The position numbers were made by a program, and so were the translations under genes. Below are positions 13,251 to 26,025 of a DNA stretch of 64,000 nucleotides, piece after piece. The notes under the pieces are model-generated. The model ran no database searches, was not told the origin of the DNA, and was given only the letters and a program-made list of their open reading frames with translations. Each line of letters begins with the position of its first letter. Position 1 is the stretch's first letter. The stretch is from Eledone cirrhosa (taxonomy: Eukaryota). The stretch lies in NCBI GenBank assembly GCA_964016885.1, contig OZ024742.1:43276001-43340000 (forward strand), written 5' to 3'.

Positions 13251-14519
13251 ATGTGGCCTGACTATCTTCGCGTACCCCCATCCACTACCACTCACTAATA
13301 GCACACACCTCATATCCCCTTCCACATACATTCCTAGCCTTGTGAAGTGGCTGGTGATGGGAAGGACATCCAAACAAAGGACTGGGAGGACCCTTCAGTC
13401 ATGTCAAGAACATGACAGCCTCACTAATTAATGATTGTGATCTACACAATAAGCGCATCTAGTACGCGGTGTAAAGAGGTTGGTGATAGGAAGGGCTTCT
13501 AGCCGTAGAAAGCTTGCCAAATAAAGGGTTGGGATGACCTTTAGTAGTGTCAAAGACAACCTCTCCTGTGCTCTTAGTAGAACGTGAGACCATACATAAG
13601 AGAGACAACAGATCCATGGCTTGTCTGGGAGATCAGTAGCCCCGCTTCAGTACTGACTTGGTCTATGTAGACCCATCAAACCCTTGCCAGCAGACAAATA
13701 CGTTAAAACAACGACGACATATATAAATATATATACACGCTCGAGTGATAAAATATTTATCAACCCAAAACAAACCATAATACGTTACATGCAAAAATTT
13801 AACTTAAAAATGTATGTACATAAACTTGAGGTAAAGGTAAAATATATTTACCAAAATAATTAGCAACATACAACCACGTTGCACATAACTTGACTCGGGA
13901 AATAAACATATATAATATACGCGCGCGCGCATATAAGCCTCAACGTGGTTGCTCGACCTGCTAGAGATAACAGCCAAATCTATCCTAAATCATACTCTTA
14001 TCGTCTTAAATAAAGTAAGGACAATAAGAATGTCGTTTTCCTGCATACGCTTTTTAAGAAGATTGGATGGTCACGACTGGAATGCCTTTGATAACAGGAT
14101 TGCGCGATAAGTATTGGCTTGGGGCTAAACAGAAACACATTAGTAGACAAAATACTTGAAATAGGTGTAGAGAAATATACACAGGAAATTAATCAGGAAC
14201 GGAAATAAAAAACACTACACTAAAAAAAAAATGTTGAATTAAACGAGTATATATATATAAATATAAACATAGGTGTGAGAGACACGAGTGAAATACAATT
14301 AGCAAGACAAGATTTAAACACACAAAAAGATCTCAGGTACCAAAACGATTGTAGAAATAAATATACAGACATAGAAAGAACAAGAAAGAAAACTTGACGA
14401 CAACAGTTCTAAATAAATCGAATGTGTGGAGATAGAGAAACTGAAACATAAGATAAAAAGATAATTAGCAGCAACTACACATCACTACGGAGAGCACCAG
14501 TAATTGAGCAAATAGCAAA

Positions 14520-15010
14520 CTTTGGACCAATAAATTGGTCAGAAAAACCTCCACCCAATCAATTCAACTGACCGACCCCACCAATGAAAACAAAGAAAAC
14601 AAACCGCAACATGGACTACAAAGTACTCGATTTATTCCATATTGTCTTCTTTGTCGCCGTCTTTTATTCCGTCTATCATTTAGACATTTTTGAGTACCAA
14701 ACAATTCTGCGATGGAGATATAAAATGTAATGGGGCTTATTTTTATTTTTTAATAATAAAATACAAGTGTGAATCTTACCTTTGTAGATGCTATATAATA
14801 AATTGATTATTATGAATGTCAACCCTTGCTAAGTTAAGATGTTGGGATTTTGATTGGTTAAATTTACTGAATGATTTCGTGATTGGTGGTGGAACAGAAT
14901 ATAATAGACGAGATAAAATACAGTACTGGCAGATCTAATAGGAAACTATTTACAGCTATGGTAGAGCAAAATCGCCACAATTAAACAACGACAAAAAACT
15001 GCTTTTTCAG
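14520..15010. promoter_or_regulatory. Candidate divergent promoter / non-coding first-exon region with CCAAT-box cluster
   Basis: CCAAT at 14527, 14555, 14581 and ATTGG at 14534, 14853, 14882. GGACTACA motif near 14613. Minus-strand donor AAAG|GTAAG at 14780/14779 and plus-strand donor CAG|GTGTGT at 15010/15011. The region is free of recognisable repeats. Confidence 0.5.
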
Positions 15011-17334
15011 GTGTGTTTTGTTTTTTTTAGGTTATTTTCGTTCGTTCTTTATTACTTTCCTCATCTATGATTATTGCATTTCTTCAAGTTTTTATTTTAA
15101 TTTTATTAATTCACTAACTAGGTAGTTCAGTTGACCAAACAATGATTTCTGACTAGAAACGTTAGTATCTGCCTTCTGAACATTTATTTTCATATCTATA
15201 TCAATATGAAGACATGGTTAACACCCCCTCCTCCCCTTCGTTGTCGCCAATCATCATCATCATCATCACCATCACTATCATCCTCTTCCTCTTTATCATT
15301 ATTGTCCTCCTCCTCTCTATATCATCATCCTCACCACCATTATCATCATCATCATTATCATCCTCATTATCACTAGTTCCTTAGTTCCCTAATTGTATCT
15401 GACCCCTCAAAACACTACAACACCACTGAAGAACACTACCACAACACTCCAGAACACTATAAACAAACTCCTGGAACATTTCTACTCCTCAGAACACATC
15501 AGAACACTATCTGTGGCACACAGCCCAGACACATCTATGACACCACAGAACCCTACATTATAACCTATACTCAGTTCAAACACCACTACAGCATCATCAT
15601 AAAGACACTGTCCTTCCCAATCTGTCCATCTACCCCAACACCAGAGGCATAACTAGGATATGGCAAGCATGGCATGTGCCATGCTTGCCACTGGACAAGG
15701 AGCATGTTCTATTAAAGTCAAATAAGCCTTGTCGAAGAGTAATAATTGGAACTCCTTCAGATATATGATTGGTCTCTGATTACCATGGGTGAGAACACTA
15801 AGATGGCTGGATCATTACACCATTTATATAAATTAGGCCCATAGGTAAAAATACAGTGCTGGGCAGGGGCGTAATTTCACTGCTTGCCATAAGCGCTATT
15901 TCCCCTTGTTATGCCTCTGCCCAACACCATCATAATACTCCATCTCTTCCAAGCCAACAAATAAGTTTATTTGTAGTGATCAAATCTCTTTGCATCTCCT
16001 ATTCTAAGAAAAGAACAGTGCATTGGACAGTAGAGTCCTAGGTACACTGTACAGAGCAAAAATAAAAAAGACATGGATGGAATGCCTTTGATCATAGATC
16101 TGTTCAATCAGGCTGACCTTTCACTAAACAAAGATCTCCCAACACTCCAGACAAACATTTAAAAATTCCATATACACAAAAATAGCAACAGTATCAATAA
16201 CTGAGACCAATATGGAAGTCTTTATACAATTATATGACATGCTAGAAACAAGAGCCAAATCTTCAAATCACTTCTACTGTTATTACTATTTCATTATTAT
16301 ATTTCTAATGGAAGATTACTGCCTATGATTTTCAAACCATCTTGAAAAATGTCATGACTGAAAAGAATATATATAACTAACTTTCTTCTGATTAAAGCTA
16401 GTATACAGGGTGGTGGGTTGGCAGAATTAGTAGAGCTTTGGATAAAATACTATTGTGGTATTTGTTCTGACTCTTTACATTCTGAGTTCAAATCCTTCCA
16501 TGGTTGACTTTGTATTTCATCTTTGCAGGGTTGATAAAATAAAGTACCATAGAAAATAATTGTTTCTACTTTTGGCACAAGGCCATCAATTACCCAGTAC
16601 ATTACTGGTACTTTATTTTATCGACCCTGTAAGGATGAAAGGCAAAGTTAACCTCGGCGGGATTTGAACTCAGACCATAGAAAATAATGAGGTTGATTTA
16701 ATTAACTTTGCCCTTCCTTCAAATTTGTTGGCTTTGTTAGAAATCATTATTAAGCTGTGGATTGGCAGAATCGGTAGAGCATCAGACAGCATAAGTTGTA
16801 GTGCACCTGAGCACTGTACACAATAATTTCATTATTATTATTATTTTAACATGCTTAATGGAATAGAGGTGTGGCCCTTTACGTTCTGGGTTCACATCCT
16901 GCCGAGGTTAGCTTTGCCTTTCATCCTTATGGAGTTGATAAAATAAAGTACAGGTATTGCACTGGGGTCGATTTAATCAACTTTCCCTTTACCCCAAAAT
17001 TGTTGGTCTTGTGCCTAAATCAGAAACCATTATTAAGCTGGCATAAGTGTGGTGGATTGGCAGACAAATGCTTTGCAGTATTTGTTCTGGCTCTTTACAT
17101 TCTGAGTTCAAATTCCACCAAAGTCAACTTTGTGTTTCATCCTTTTGGGTTCAATGAAATAATGTATCTGTTAAATACTGGAGTCAATATAATCAACTTT
17201 CTCCTTCCCCAAATACTGATGACTTTGTGCCAATTCTAGAATAAATTATTAAAGCTAGTGTTTGGAACAAAACTTAACAAAGGTTCTTACATAAAATTAT
17301 GATGGAAAGTTTTCAGGTTCATGTAGTCAGTATA

Positions 17335-17733
17335 GATATGGTTTGCATTGTCTAGGTTTTATGAGAATGATACTTGGGTGTATATAGTTAAAGAACAATG
17401 AAAGGTGGTATCATCTGTACAAGAGTGGACATTGTTGAATGTGACATGTAGGTCATTGATTTCTAGGAGGAATAGAGTAGAGACTGGTAAAACTCTGTGG
17501 AATACCAAAATTGATAGAATGGGCTGGGTGGGAGTAAGAGAAAACACAAAAATGCAATCTGGGAGGAAAATACTGACTCAAGAGATGAGGGATAGAGCTC
17601 GTAGGGGGATAGTTTGCAGGTCAAACATGGCCGAAAGTTTTGCTGAGAGTGAGAGTGCATTAATGAGTTACATAAAAGAGTAAATCTCCAAGAAATCTAT
17701 TTTTACAAAAGACATAGTGATGCTCATTAAGGT

Positions 17734-17767
<34 letters not shown>

Positions 17768-18010
17768 GAGAGGAACAGTGCTGCAGAGACTCATTGTTAA
17801 GGACTGTCTCCATTCACTTTGAAAGTATTAGAAGTAGAAAACAATAGGATAGTTGATAGGGTTTGGGACATTGCCCTTCTTGGAAATGGAACAAAGTGTA
17901 GCATGTTTCCAAAGATCAAGATATATTCCAGGAGAGAGGAAGATTGAAAGGTTTGGCAAATTATTTAAGAGAAATGGATGGTGATTTTGTCTGGAACGCA
18001 TTTACTATAT
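17335..18010 (-). mobile_element. Degenerate L2/CR1-like LINE RT fragment
   Basis: TLFLLEINDL....NNVHSCTDDTT is a decayed LF..YINDL...YADD motif. Confidence 0.55.
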
Positions 18011-19091
18011 ATGTATGCATTTAGGAAAATAGGAACACTAAGTAAAAACCATAGCCAAAAGTGACCAGTGCAGGCAATAATCCTTTAAACCTTTTGATAC
18101 CAAACTGCCTGAAACTATCTCTAGTTTTATGATACAAAATTATTTGTAAATATTTATCTAAAAACCTTCCATCATAACTTTATGTAAAAACTTTTATGTT
18201 ATGCTCTAAAAAACAGCTAAATAATGAAAAAGTTAGTAGCATTTCTAATTCACTGTAAGAATGGTATGCTCGAATGCCTAATGTGCAAGTGATTGTGTGT
18301 TCCAGAGACAAGTGCACTCTTTCCATAGTTCTCAGGTAGATTCAGCATGATACAGTGTGTGAAGAAGCTTGCCCTTTGAATTACTAGTACAACTAATTTT
18401 TACCAGCTGAGTAGACTGAAACGTGAAATAAAGCAACTTGCACAAGGACGCAAAGGGCTACCAGGAATTGCACTCATGACCTTCTGATTGTGAGTTGAAC
18501 ACCCTGATCACTAAGCCATGCATCTTCAAAGAAATATCATAACAGTTGGAACATCAACAACCATCACCACAACAAGAGCAACAATAAAACAAACCAACAA
18601 GAGAATATCTATGTTGTCACTTGAAATGCTAGAAATAGCAGCCAAACTTCCTTCAAACCATAGTTTAAAAAAGGGAAGGAAACGATGGATAATGTAGTCC
18701 TAGATATAGAAATTGGGCGAGGTGGTCACGGCTGGAAATATCTTTACTCATAGATCTGCTCAACCTAAGCTGATTTAGGAGTAAACAACTACACTATAAA
18801 AAAAAATTTCAACCATTTTGGTCACCCATACTATAGACTGACGACTGTCAGTTTCCCCCCTTCCTACATCGCTGTTTTTACTTTCAAAATGGCTACCCTT
18901 TCTCTCGTTCTTGAATTCTCGTAATGCTTCGTTTAACATCACGTTGATATTAACAGAGAAACACCAAACTGACGAGACTTCAGTTTTTTTTTTTTTAACA
19001 ATTAAGATGTCAAATCACTAATAATATTTACATCAGTCCTGCAACTAAATTTCCCTTTAGGAACTGTCTTTTAGTCACATTTTTGCCATTG

Positions 19092-19133
<42 letters not shown>

Positions 19134-19319
19134 TTATATGTATATATATAGACATATATAATTTTACACAGATAATTTTATATAATATATATATGTATAT
19201 GGTAAACAGAATTGCATACCAGGACCAAAAGCTTTCGTACTATCGATCTTGTGGTCGAACCTTCTCAACAGTGGATTGAGAAGTACAAAAAAAGGAAGGC
19301 AGGGCATATTTACATCTAG

Positions 19320-19367
<48 letters not shown>

Positions 19368-19435
19368 CCACACGTCACCTGCAAATATTTATATATATCG
19401 TATTTTAGTTACAAAGACCCTATGTGACGGCAGAG

Positions 19436-19495
19436 ATGCCGACTAAAAAGAAACAATCGGATGGTCCCCGCAAAGGGGCACACCTTATGGACCAG
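19436..19495 (+). CDS. CC2D1: Coiled-coil and C2 domain protein 1 (CC2D1A/B, Lgd orthologue), coding exon 1 (MPTKKKQSDGPRKGAHLMDQ)
   Basis: ATG plus a basic N-terminus ending in Q at CAG|GTATTT. It joins in phase 0 to FGL..., as in the Lgd/CC2D1 Q-[FLM]GL N-terminus. A possible 5'UTR acceptor ttttag ends at 19408. Confidence 0.75.
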
Positions 19496-19865
19496 GTATT
19501 TTGATTGATTTGTTAATTTATATATTTTTGGCTTTTGCTTCGTTTACTTTCCGAGTTCATATCCCGCCGTGATCAGCTTTGCCTTTCATATTCCAGGGGT
19601 CGATAAAGTAGAGTACCAGTCGAGCACTGGATCGTTTTAATCGACTTTCCCCTATCCAAATTGCTGGCCTTGTACCTGAATTTGAAACAGGTATTTACAC
19701 TTGCCCAACAGTTGCGAAATAGCAACATTCACGAATAATAGTAATAATGACAATAGCAAGACATTCATTTATGGTGATTTCATTGATCACGATAACCATT
19801 ATTATTATGACATAAACAAAAACAAATATATGACACGCAATCAGATGTTTGGTAATATTAACAAC

Positions 19866-19937
<72 letters not shown>

Positions 19938-20114
19938 TTCTTTAGTAATATTAACAACGAAAGTGAAGTTGTTTATGGTGATCACTCGATAATAATACCT
20001 GGTTACTAATATTGTCCGTGGTTATAATGAATGGCTTATTCTCTCTAAATATAGTTTAGGCATGACAGTATGTATATGAGTAGCAATTACTTCGTAGGAG
20101 TCATTTTAGCCATC

Positions 20115-20305
20115 CAAAAGATACAGAAGTAGTTAAATTCACATAAATTTATTTCTTGGTGTCAAAATGTTCGTCAATTGTTTACGACCTGGTCACTGAC
20201 ACAATTGGAGTTATAGTGGAACTGAGTCAGTGACCATGTCACAAACTGCGACAGAAAGTTTAACGTCAAGAAATAAATGTAAAATTTGCAGTTTTCGTGT
20301 TTTTT
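20115..20305. mobile_element. Palindromic MITE-like hairpin
   Basis: atttatttcttg...gacctggtcactgac pairs with gtcagtgaccatgtc...caagaaataaat across a ~25-nt loop. Confidence 0.6.
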
Positions 20306-20759
20306 AATAACTTTTCCTCTGCGTAATTGCTTTAGTTTCAACACAGTCTCTGATCAAATCACTTGCCAGACATGTACAACTCTGAAGTATGTGTAAGTGT
20401 ATATATACAATGAGTAATGAGACGGCTATCCAACAAGATCAATATGCATGTCTTTGTATGTATGTATGCATATCTGTGTGTATGTGTGGGTTTTGCACCT
20501 TGAAAGCTCTCCTCCGAGACACAAGTCCGGGCAAGGTTGTTTGTAGAAGACCAGCAGTAACCCATGCATACTACCGTCTCTCCTCAGCACCGATATAGCT
20601 TGGCACAAGTGATGTCGCAACTCATTTCTACAGCTGAATAAACTGGAGCAACGTGAATCGAACTCACAACCTCACGATTGCACAACCACTAATCCATACG
20701 CGTTCACATATATGTGTGTGTATGTTTATATATATATTTCAGCCCTTTTTTTAAAAACT

Positions 20760-22760
20760 CCGATATAATACCACGTCTCTGATCACTGGGGGTCTCCATT
20801 ATGCGGTGAGACTATCAGTAACCTCTGACTCATAGAGTAGACTAGACTCTATAACCTGGTTATGGCAACTATTCTAGATGGCAAGCTCAGATATAAAAAC
20901 CTGAGGCCTCAGAAGTTCTTGGTCTTGTCATTCTTTATGTCACACCAATGAAATCTTCTGTGGTCAAGTAGTGGAGGTAGCTCTTTGCAAGCTATATCTA
21001 CTCAAAATATTTTCAACTGCACAGGTACTTCTTGTACAATACAGGCCTCAATAAACACCAGTCATATGGTTGACGGTGAACCTTGAAATGTTTTTTTAAA
21101 TATTTTGAAATGTCTCAAACAGAATTAGTAAATGACAATAAAGACCTGGGAACAACAGGTGAACAAATATTGCTTGACAGGTGTCCCAGTTCGCAGTAGT
21201 TGGCCCGGTTGTTATTCTACTATTGTGGTCAATCGGCAACACACAAAAAAAGTTTAAACATCCTATGAAACTTGCTTGTTGGAATGTGCATACTCTGGTA
21301 GATGACTATTTGACACAAAGACCAGAGAGATGAACTGGATTGATTTCTCGTGAGTTGAAAAGATACTCATTGGATATAGTAGCTCTTCATGGAGATGGTC
21401 AGCTTAATGAAAGTGGATTTGGAATATACTTTCTTTTGGAAAGGTCTAGGAGAAGGTAAAAGGAGAGAATCAGGTGTTGGCTTTGCTGTCAGAAACTCTC
21501 TCATCTCATCTTTTGAAAATTATCCCAGTGATCCCTCGAACTTGTTATATCATATCGTCTGCATTTAAAAAAAAGGAGATACCTCACAATAATAAGTGTC
21601 TATGCTCCTACAATGTCAAACCCAGAAGAATCTATTCAATAATTCTACAGTGAACTTGAAGAATTGGTGAGAAATGTGCCAGCTGCTAATAAGCCGGTAA
21701 TTATGGGTGATTTCAACTCAAGGGTCGGATCTGATCTCATGACATGGCCGGCCTTAGGTAAACATGGTGTGGGAAAATGTAACGAAAATGGTGTTTCACT
21801 CCTTACTTTTTACACTGAACATCAACTTGCAATTACAAACACTTTCTTTCAGCAGAAGAATAAGTATAAAACAACTTGGATACATCCAAGGTCTAAGGAT
21901 TGGAACCTCATTGATTATATAGTTAAAAAATGTGATTCAAAAGATGTATGCAGTGTGCACACAATGAGAGGAGCAGAATGCTGGACTGATCATCAACTAG
22001 TCAGGGCCAAACTCAATCTAACTATAAAACCCAAAACTAGACACTCTGGGAATAAAGTACCAAACAACTTAATGTGGCAAATTTCAAGTCTTTTGATGCT
22101 CTCCACAACTTTCGTAGTTCATTAGATAATATCACACTTGACCTGAGCAACCTTTTGGAAGATTTTAAGACAAAAGTATTCCAATCAGCATCAGTGGGTG
22201 TGAGATCAAGGTCTAATGACTGGTTTACAGATAGTAACCCTGAAATATGTTATTTACTTAGGGACAAACAAAATCTTTGTCAAAAACTTCTTTCTCAATC
22301 AATTAATCCTAATTGTGATATCTTTTATAAGCACTAAAAAGAAAAGTACCAAATGCTTTGAGAAATATGAAGCAGCAGTGATGGCACAACAAAGCCAAAC
22401 AAGCACAAGAAGCAGTAGATTGCAAGGACACAAAGGCATTTTTCTCCTTGATTAAAGAAGTGTATAGTTCACAATCCTCCTCAATAGCACTTGTAAGAAC
22501 TGCAGATGGTCAGTCACTCTCGACTGATATTGTCTCCATTCAGAACCACTGGGTAGAACACTTCTCTGAACTTCTTAACAGGCCCTCTAATGTCAACATA
22601 TCGAATCAATAAAAAGCTACCCGATTTTCAATGAAATGGAATCAGAACCAAATAGAAATGTCATTGCTTCTGCTGTATAGAAATTAAACAACAATAAATC
22701 TTCTGAGGTTCTCAAGCATGGAGGGGAGAAAATGGTGGAACATTTACACACTGTAATACT
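20760..22760 (+). mobile_element. Degenerate BovB-like RTE LINE, 5' half (APE endonuclease)
   Basis: MKLACWNV.TL, RRESGVGFAV, ISVYAPT, MGDFNSRVG, ITNTFF and W.HPRSK.W.LIDY, with several stops and frameshifts. Confidence 0.85.
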
Positions 22761-23007
22761 AGATATATGCCTCAGCTCGAGCATATGGGCGGGTGAGTCT
22801 TCTGTAATATTGCATAGCACCAGAGATCATAGTCCTGTGTCATCACCTTGGCGAGCGAGGTGTAATTGTGCAAAGTCGCTTTTATTACCTGATGTGAGTG
22901 TTGGTTAAGTTGAGATGATAATCCTATCCACAACAGGTTTAGATCACTTTGGGTAATCCTTGCAATTATTGAGTCACTATTTCTAACAGGCCAAGCAATC
23001 TTACTAT

Positions 23008-24308
23008 ATCATCATCATCGTTTAACGTCCATTCTCCACGCTAGCATGGGTCTGGACGGGAATTGTCCCACTTGAGGCAAGATTGGTTGTCTTGCTCAGG
23101 ACTGTCTGGTGGGTTTTCTACGGCTGGATGCCCTTCCTAACACCAACCACGTTTACAGTGTGGACTGGGAAGTTTTTACCGTGTTACCTACACGGCCACA
23201 TTACAGCGTGGACTGTGTGTTTTATTGCTGTGACACCTACACGTCTGGCGGGTTTTCTACGGCTGGGTGCCCTTCCCAACACCAACCACGTTTACAGTGT
23301 GTACTGGGAGGTTTTTACCGTGTTACCTACACGGCCACATTACAGCGTGGACTGTGTGTTTTTTTGTCGTGACACCTACACGACCTCATTTGTTTCGGAC
23401 TGGATGTTGTGGTACCAACATAACTTCACATTTAAGGGGGTGGTGTGGATGGGGTGGAGGTAATGGGATGGGGGTATATTTTGTTAGAGGTGCCTACTGA
23501 CTGTAGGTTTCGCTTTGTACTTAGGCAAGGCGGGTCTTCTGTACAACTGTGTAGCGCCAAAGATCTCGGTCCAGTGACATTGTCTTGGAGAGGTGTAAGT
23601 GTGTGAGGTCGGAATTTATCAAGTCGTCCCAGGTTTTTCTGGGTCTGCCTACTCCGTGGCTACCGTCTATTTTTATCGCCCTGCACTTTTTTATACAGCT
23701 GTCGTCTTTCATGCACATCACGTGACCGTACCAACTTAGTCTTCTCTCGAGTAAACAACATCTGATCCCTCTTATTCCTAATTTCTCCCTTAGTTCGTTT
23801 ATGCTTTGCCGTTCACGTATATTACTATTACACATCCAGCGGAGCATGCAAGCTTCGTTTCTCTTCAGTCTGCGTATATCCTCTGCACACAATGCCCAGG
23901 TCTCACTGCCATGTAACATTGCTGTTCGTATGCAGGCATCATACAGCCTGCCTTTCATTTTTAGAGAGAACCCTTTAGCAGCCAATAGTGGTATAAGCTC
24001 TCTGAACTTTTTCCATCCCGTTCTGACTCTAGTTACTATACTTTCAGAGCACCCTCCCCCACTGCTGATTTTGTCACCCAGGTAACGGAAGCTGTCCACT
24101 ATTTCTATAGAACCATCTGTGCAATGGAATGAGCTAGTATTCTGTGGGCACTTGCTGCTACTTATTGCACCAGAGCACCGGCCACATATAAAATCTATAT
24201 TCTTAGTTAGCTTACCTGTGATCCCACTACATCTTTTATGCACCCATACTTTGCATTTGGGACATAAAATGGAGTTTCTGCCTACTCCTTTCCTACACAC
24301 TGAGCATG
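23008..24308 (-). mobile_element. RTE family A, 5'-truncated copy
   Basis: ORF 23521-24300, a 3'UTR with a duplicated ~105-nt module and a (GAT)n tail. It ends about 105 nt before CC2D1 exon 2. Confidence 0.93.
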
Positions 24309-24412
24309 CATGTTGCTATTACTGTGTTATGATAATTGTAAACCCATACCTCTTTCTTTTTTTTTCTATGGATATATTTATATTAATGTAAGTTTTTTTG
24401 TTTTTTTTTCAG

Positions 24413-24554
24413 TTTGGACTTGGTATAAATACAGATGATATTGAATCAATGTTGCAAAGTAACCTTGATGATGATGATGATGATGCAGACATTCTGGCTG
24501 AGTTGGAAGCCTTGGATAATGAAGTTTCTCCCCCTAAAGTTACTAAACAGAAAG
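24413..24554 (+). CDS. CC2D1: CC2D1 exon 2 (FGLGINTDDIESMLQSNLDDDDDDADILAELEALDNEVSPPKVTKQK)
   Basis: Poly-T ttcag acceptor, G|GTGAG donor. Acidic D..L.AEL.AL motif of the CC2D1 N-terminus. Phase 0/1. Confidence 0.88.
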
Positions 24555-25807
24555 GTGAGATAATATTAAAATCTTTTTATTATTTCATTGGGTTTAGGGG
24601 AGTGAACTGACAAAATAATTAGGATGTTAGACAAAATACCTGGCAATATTTGTTGTGACTCTTTATGTTCTGGATTCGATAAAATAAAATACTAATTTAG
24701 TACTGAAGTTGATTTAATTGACTTTCCCTCCTTTTCAAATTGGTGATCTTGTACCTTAATTAGAAACACTTTTCCCCACTTACCACTCCTTTCTCTGCCT
24801 CCCCAGTTTGGCCAAGGACACAAGTGCAGCAGTGTCAAAAATGGTAGTACTGGTGCCACAATAAAATGCATTCAGTCCACTCTGTAAAATAGTAGTGCTG
24901 ATGCCATGATAAAAATCACCTAGTCCACCTTTTCAATTGGTAGTGGCAGTGCCATGATAAAACATACACAATACATGCTGTTAAGTGGTTGGCGTTAAGA
25001 AAGGCATCCAGTCATAGAAACCAAGTCAAAATGGAACATATGAGCAAGACACAGTCATCTGAGAAAATGTCAACCTGTCTAACCCATGCAAGCATGGAAA
25101 AAAATGTAAAACGGATATGATGATATTTCATTGAAGTTGGTAGATTGTTAGATTCTGTACTGAGGCAGACAGTATTTGGTGGACAGGCTTTGTGGTATTT
25201 AGTTTCCTCTTTTAATGTTTTGAGCTCAATTCTCACTTTTTATCCTGGCACCACAATAAAATACACCCAGTACACTCTGTAAAGTGGCTGGTACATAAGA
25301 GGAACTACTGTCTTCCTGGAAGAGCTGGTGGCCATGTCTCACTCCCACTTTTGGTATGGTTTCTACAGCAGGATGTTCTTCCAAATGCCAACCACTTTCC
25401 AGACTACACTGGATGCATTTCATCATCATGGCACCAGAAGAATCCTTTCAACCTCTTGACATAATTTTTATGGATGGATACCCTTCTGAATGATAACCAC
25501 TTTACATGGTGTGGTGAGTACACTTTATCATAGATTTAGAAGAGTCCTAATTCTATGATAAAGTGTACTCAGTATACTGTGTAAAGTGGTTGGCATTAGG
25601 AAGAACATCAAGCTGTAGAAACCACACCAAAAGTGACAGTGAGATGTGGCCACCAGCTCTTCCAAGAAGACAGTAGTTCCTTTTAAGTACTAGCTTGATC
25701 TATGATGATGATGATGATGCTGTAGAGCCAGTGCCTATCACCTATGGTGACCCTGTGAGATTTGTGCTGCTAATGTCCACTTTGAATATCTACTGGTCAA
25801 TGTTTAA

Positions 25808-26025
25808 CCCTTTAGCATTTACGTTACTCTATATATACTATTGTATTTTTGTGGTAAAGGCTTTATCTTATCCAATTATCTACCATAAAATCGAACCTAT
25901 GAGATTTTGATGTTATTTATTTTGAGAACAATACTATAACATCAGTATGAGTGGCCAGTTACAGCCAGTTTGAACTGAAAAAGGTGGGAGAATTCTGGTT
26001 GGATACAGCCAGTTATGCTAAAGGG
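25808..26025. mobile_element. piggyBac-like MITE
   Basis: TTAA|ccctttagcat ... atgctaaaggg|TTAA, i.e. 11-bp TIRs with TTAA TSD. A related TTAACCC-ended family is at ~3365, 5838, 8219, 18085, 32540 and 50912. Confidence 0.75.

Noticed and set aside
14958-15010. Alternative first coding exon of CC2D1 (...KKLLFQ|)
   Set aside because: The ATG is out of frame with the donor (53 nt) and meets a TAA. Exon 19436-19495 fits without assuming a sequencing error.
19200-19320. Hammerhead next to the CC2D1 start (minus strand)
   Set aside because: GAAAGCTTT and hairpins are present, but the core reads CTGTTGA inside a stem and stem I does not register. At best it is a decayed remnant.
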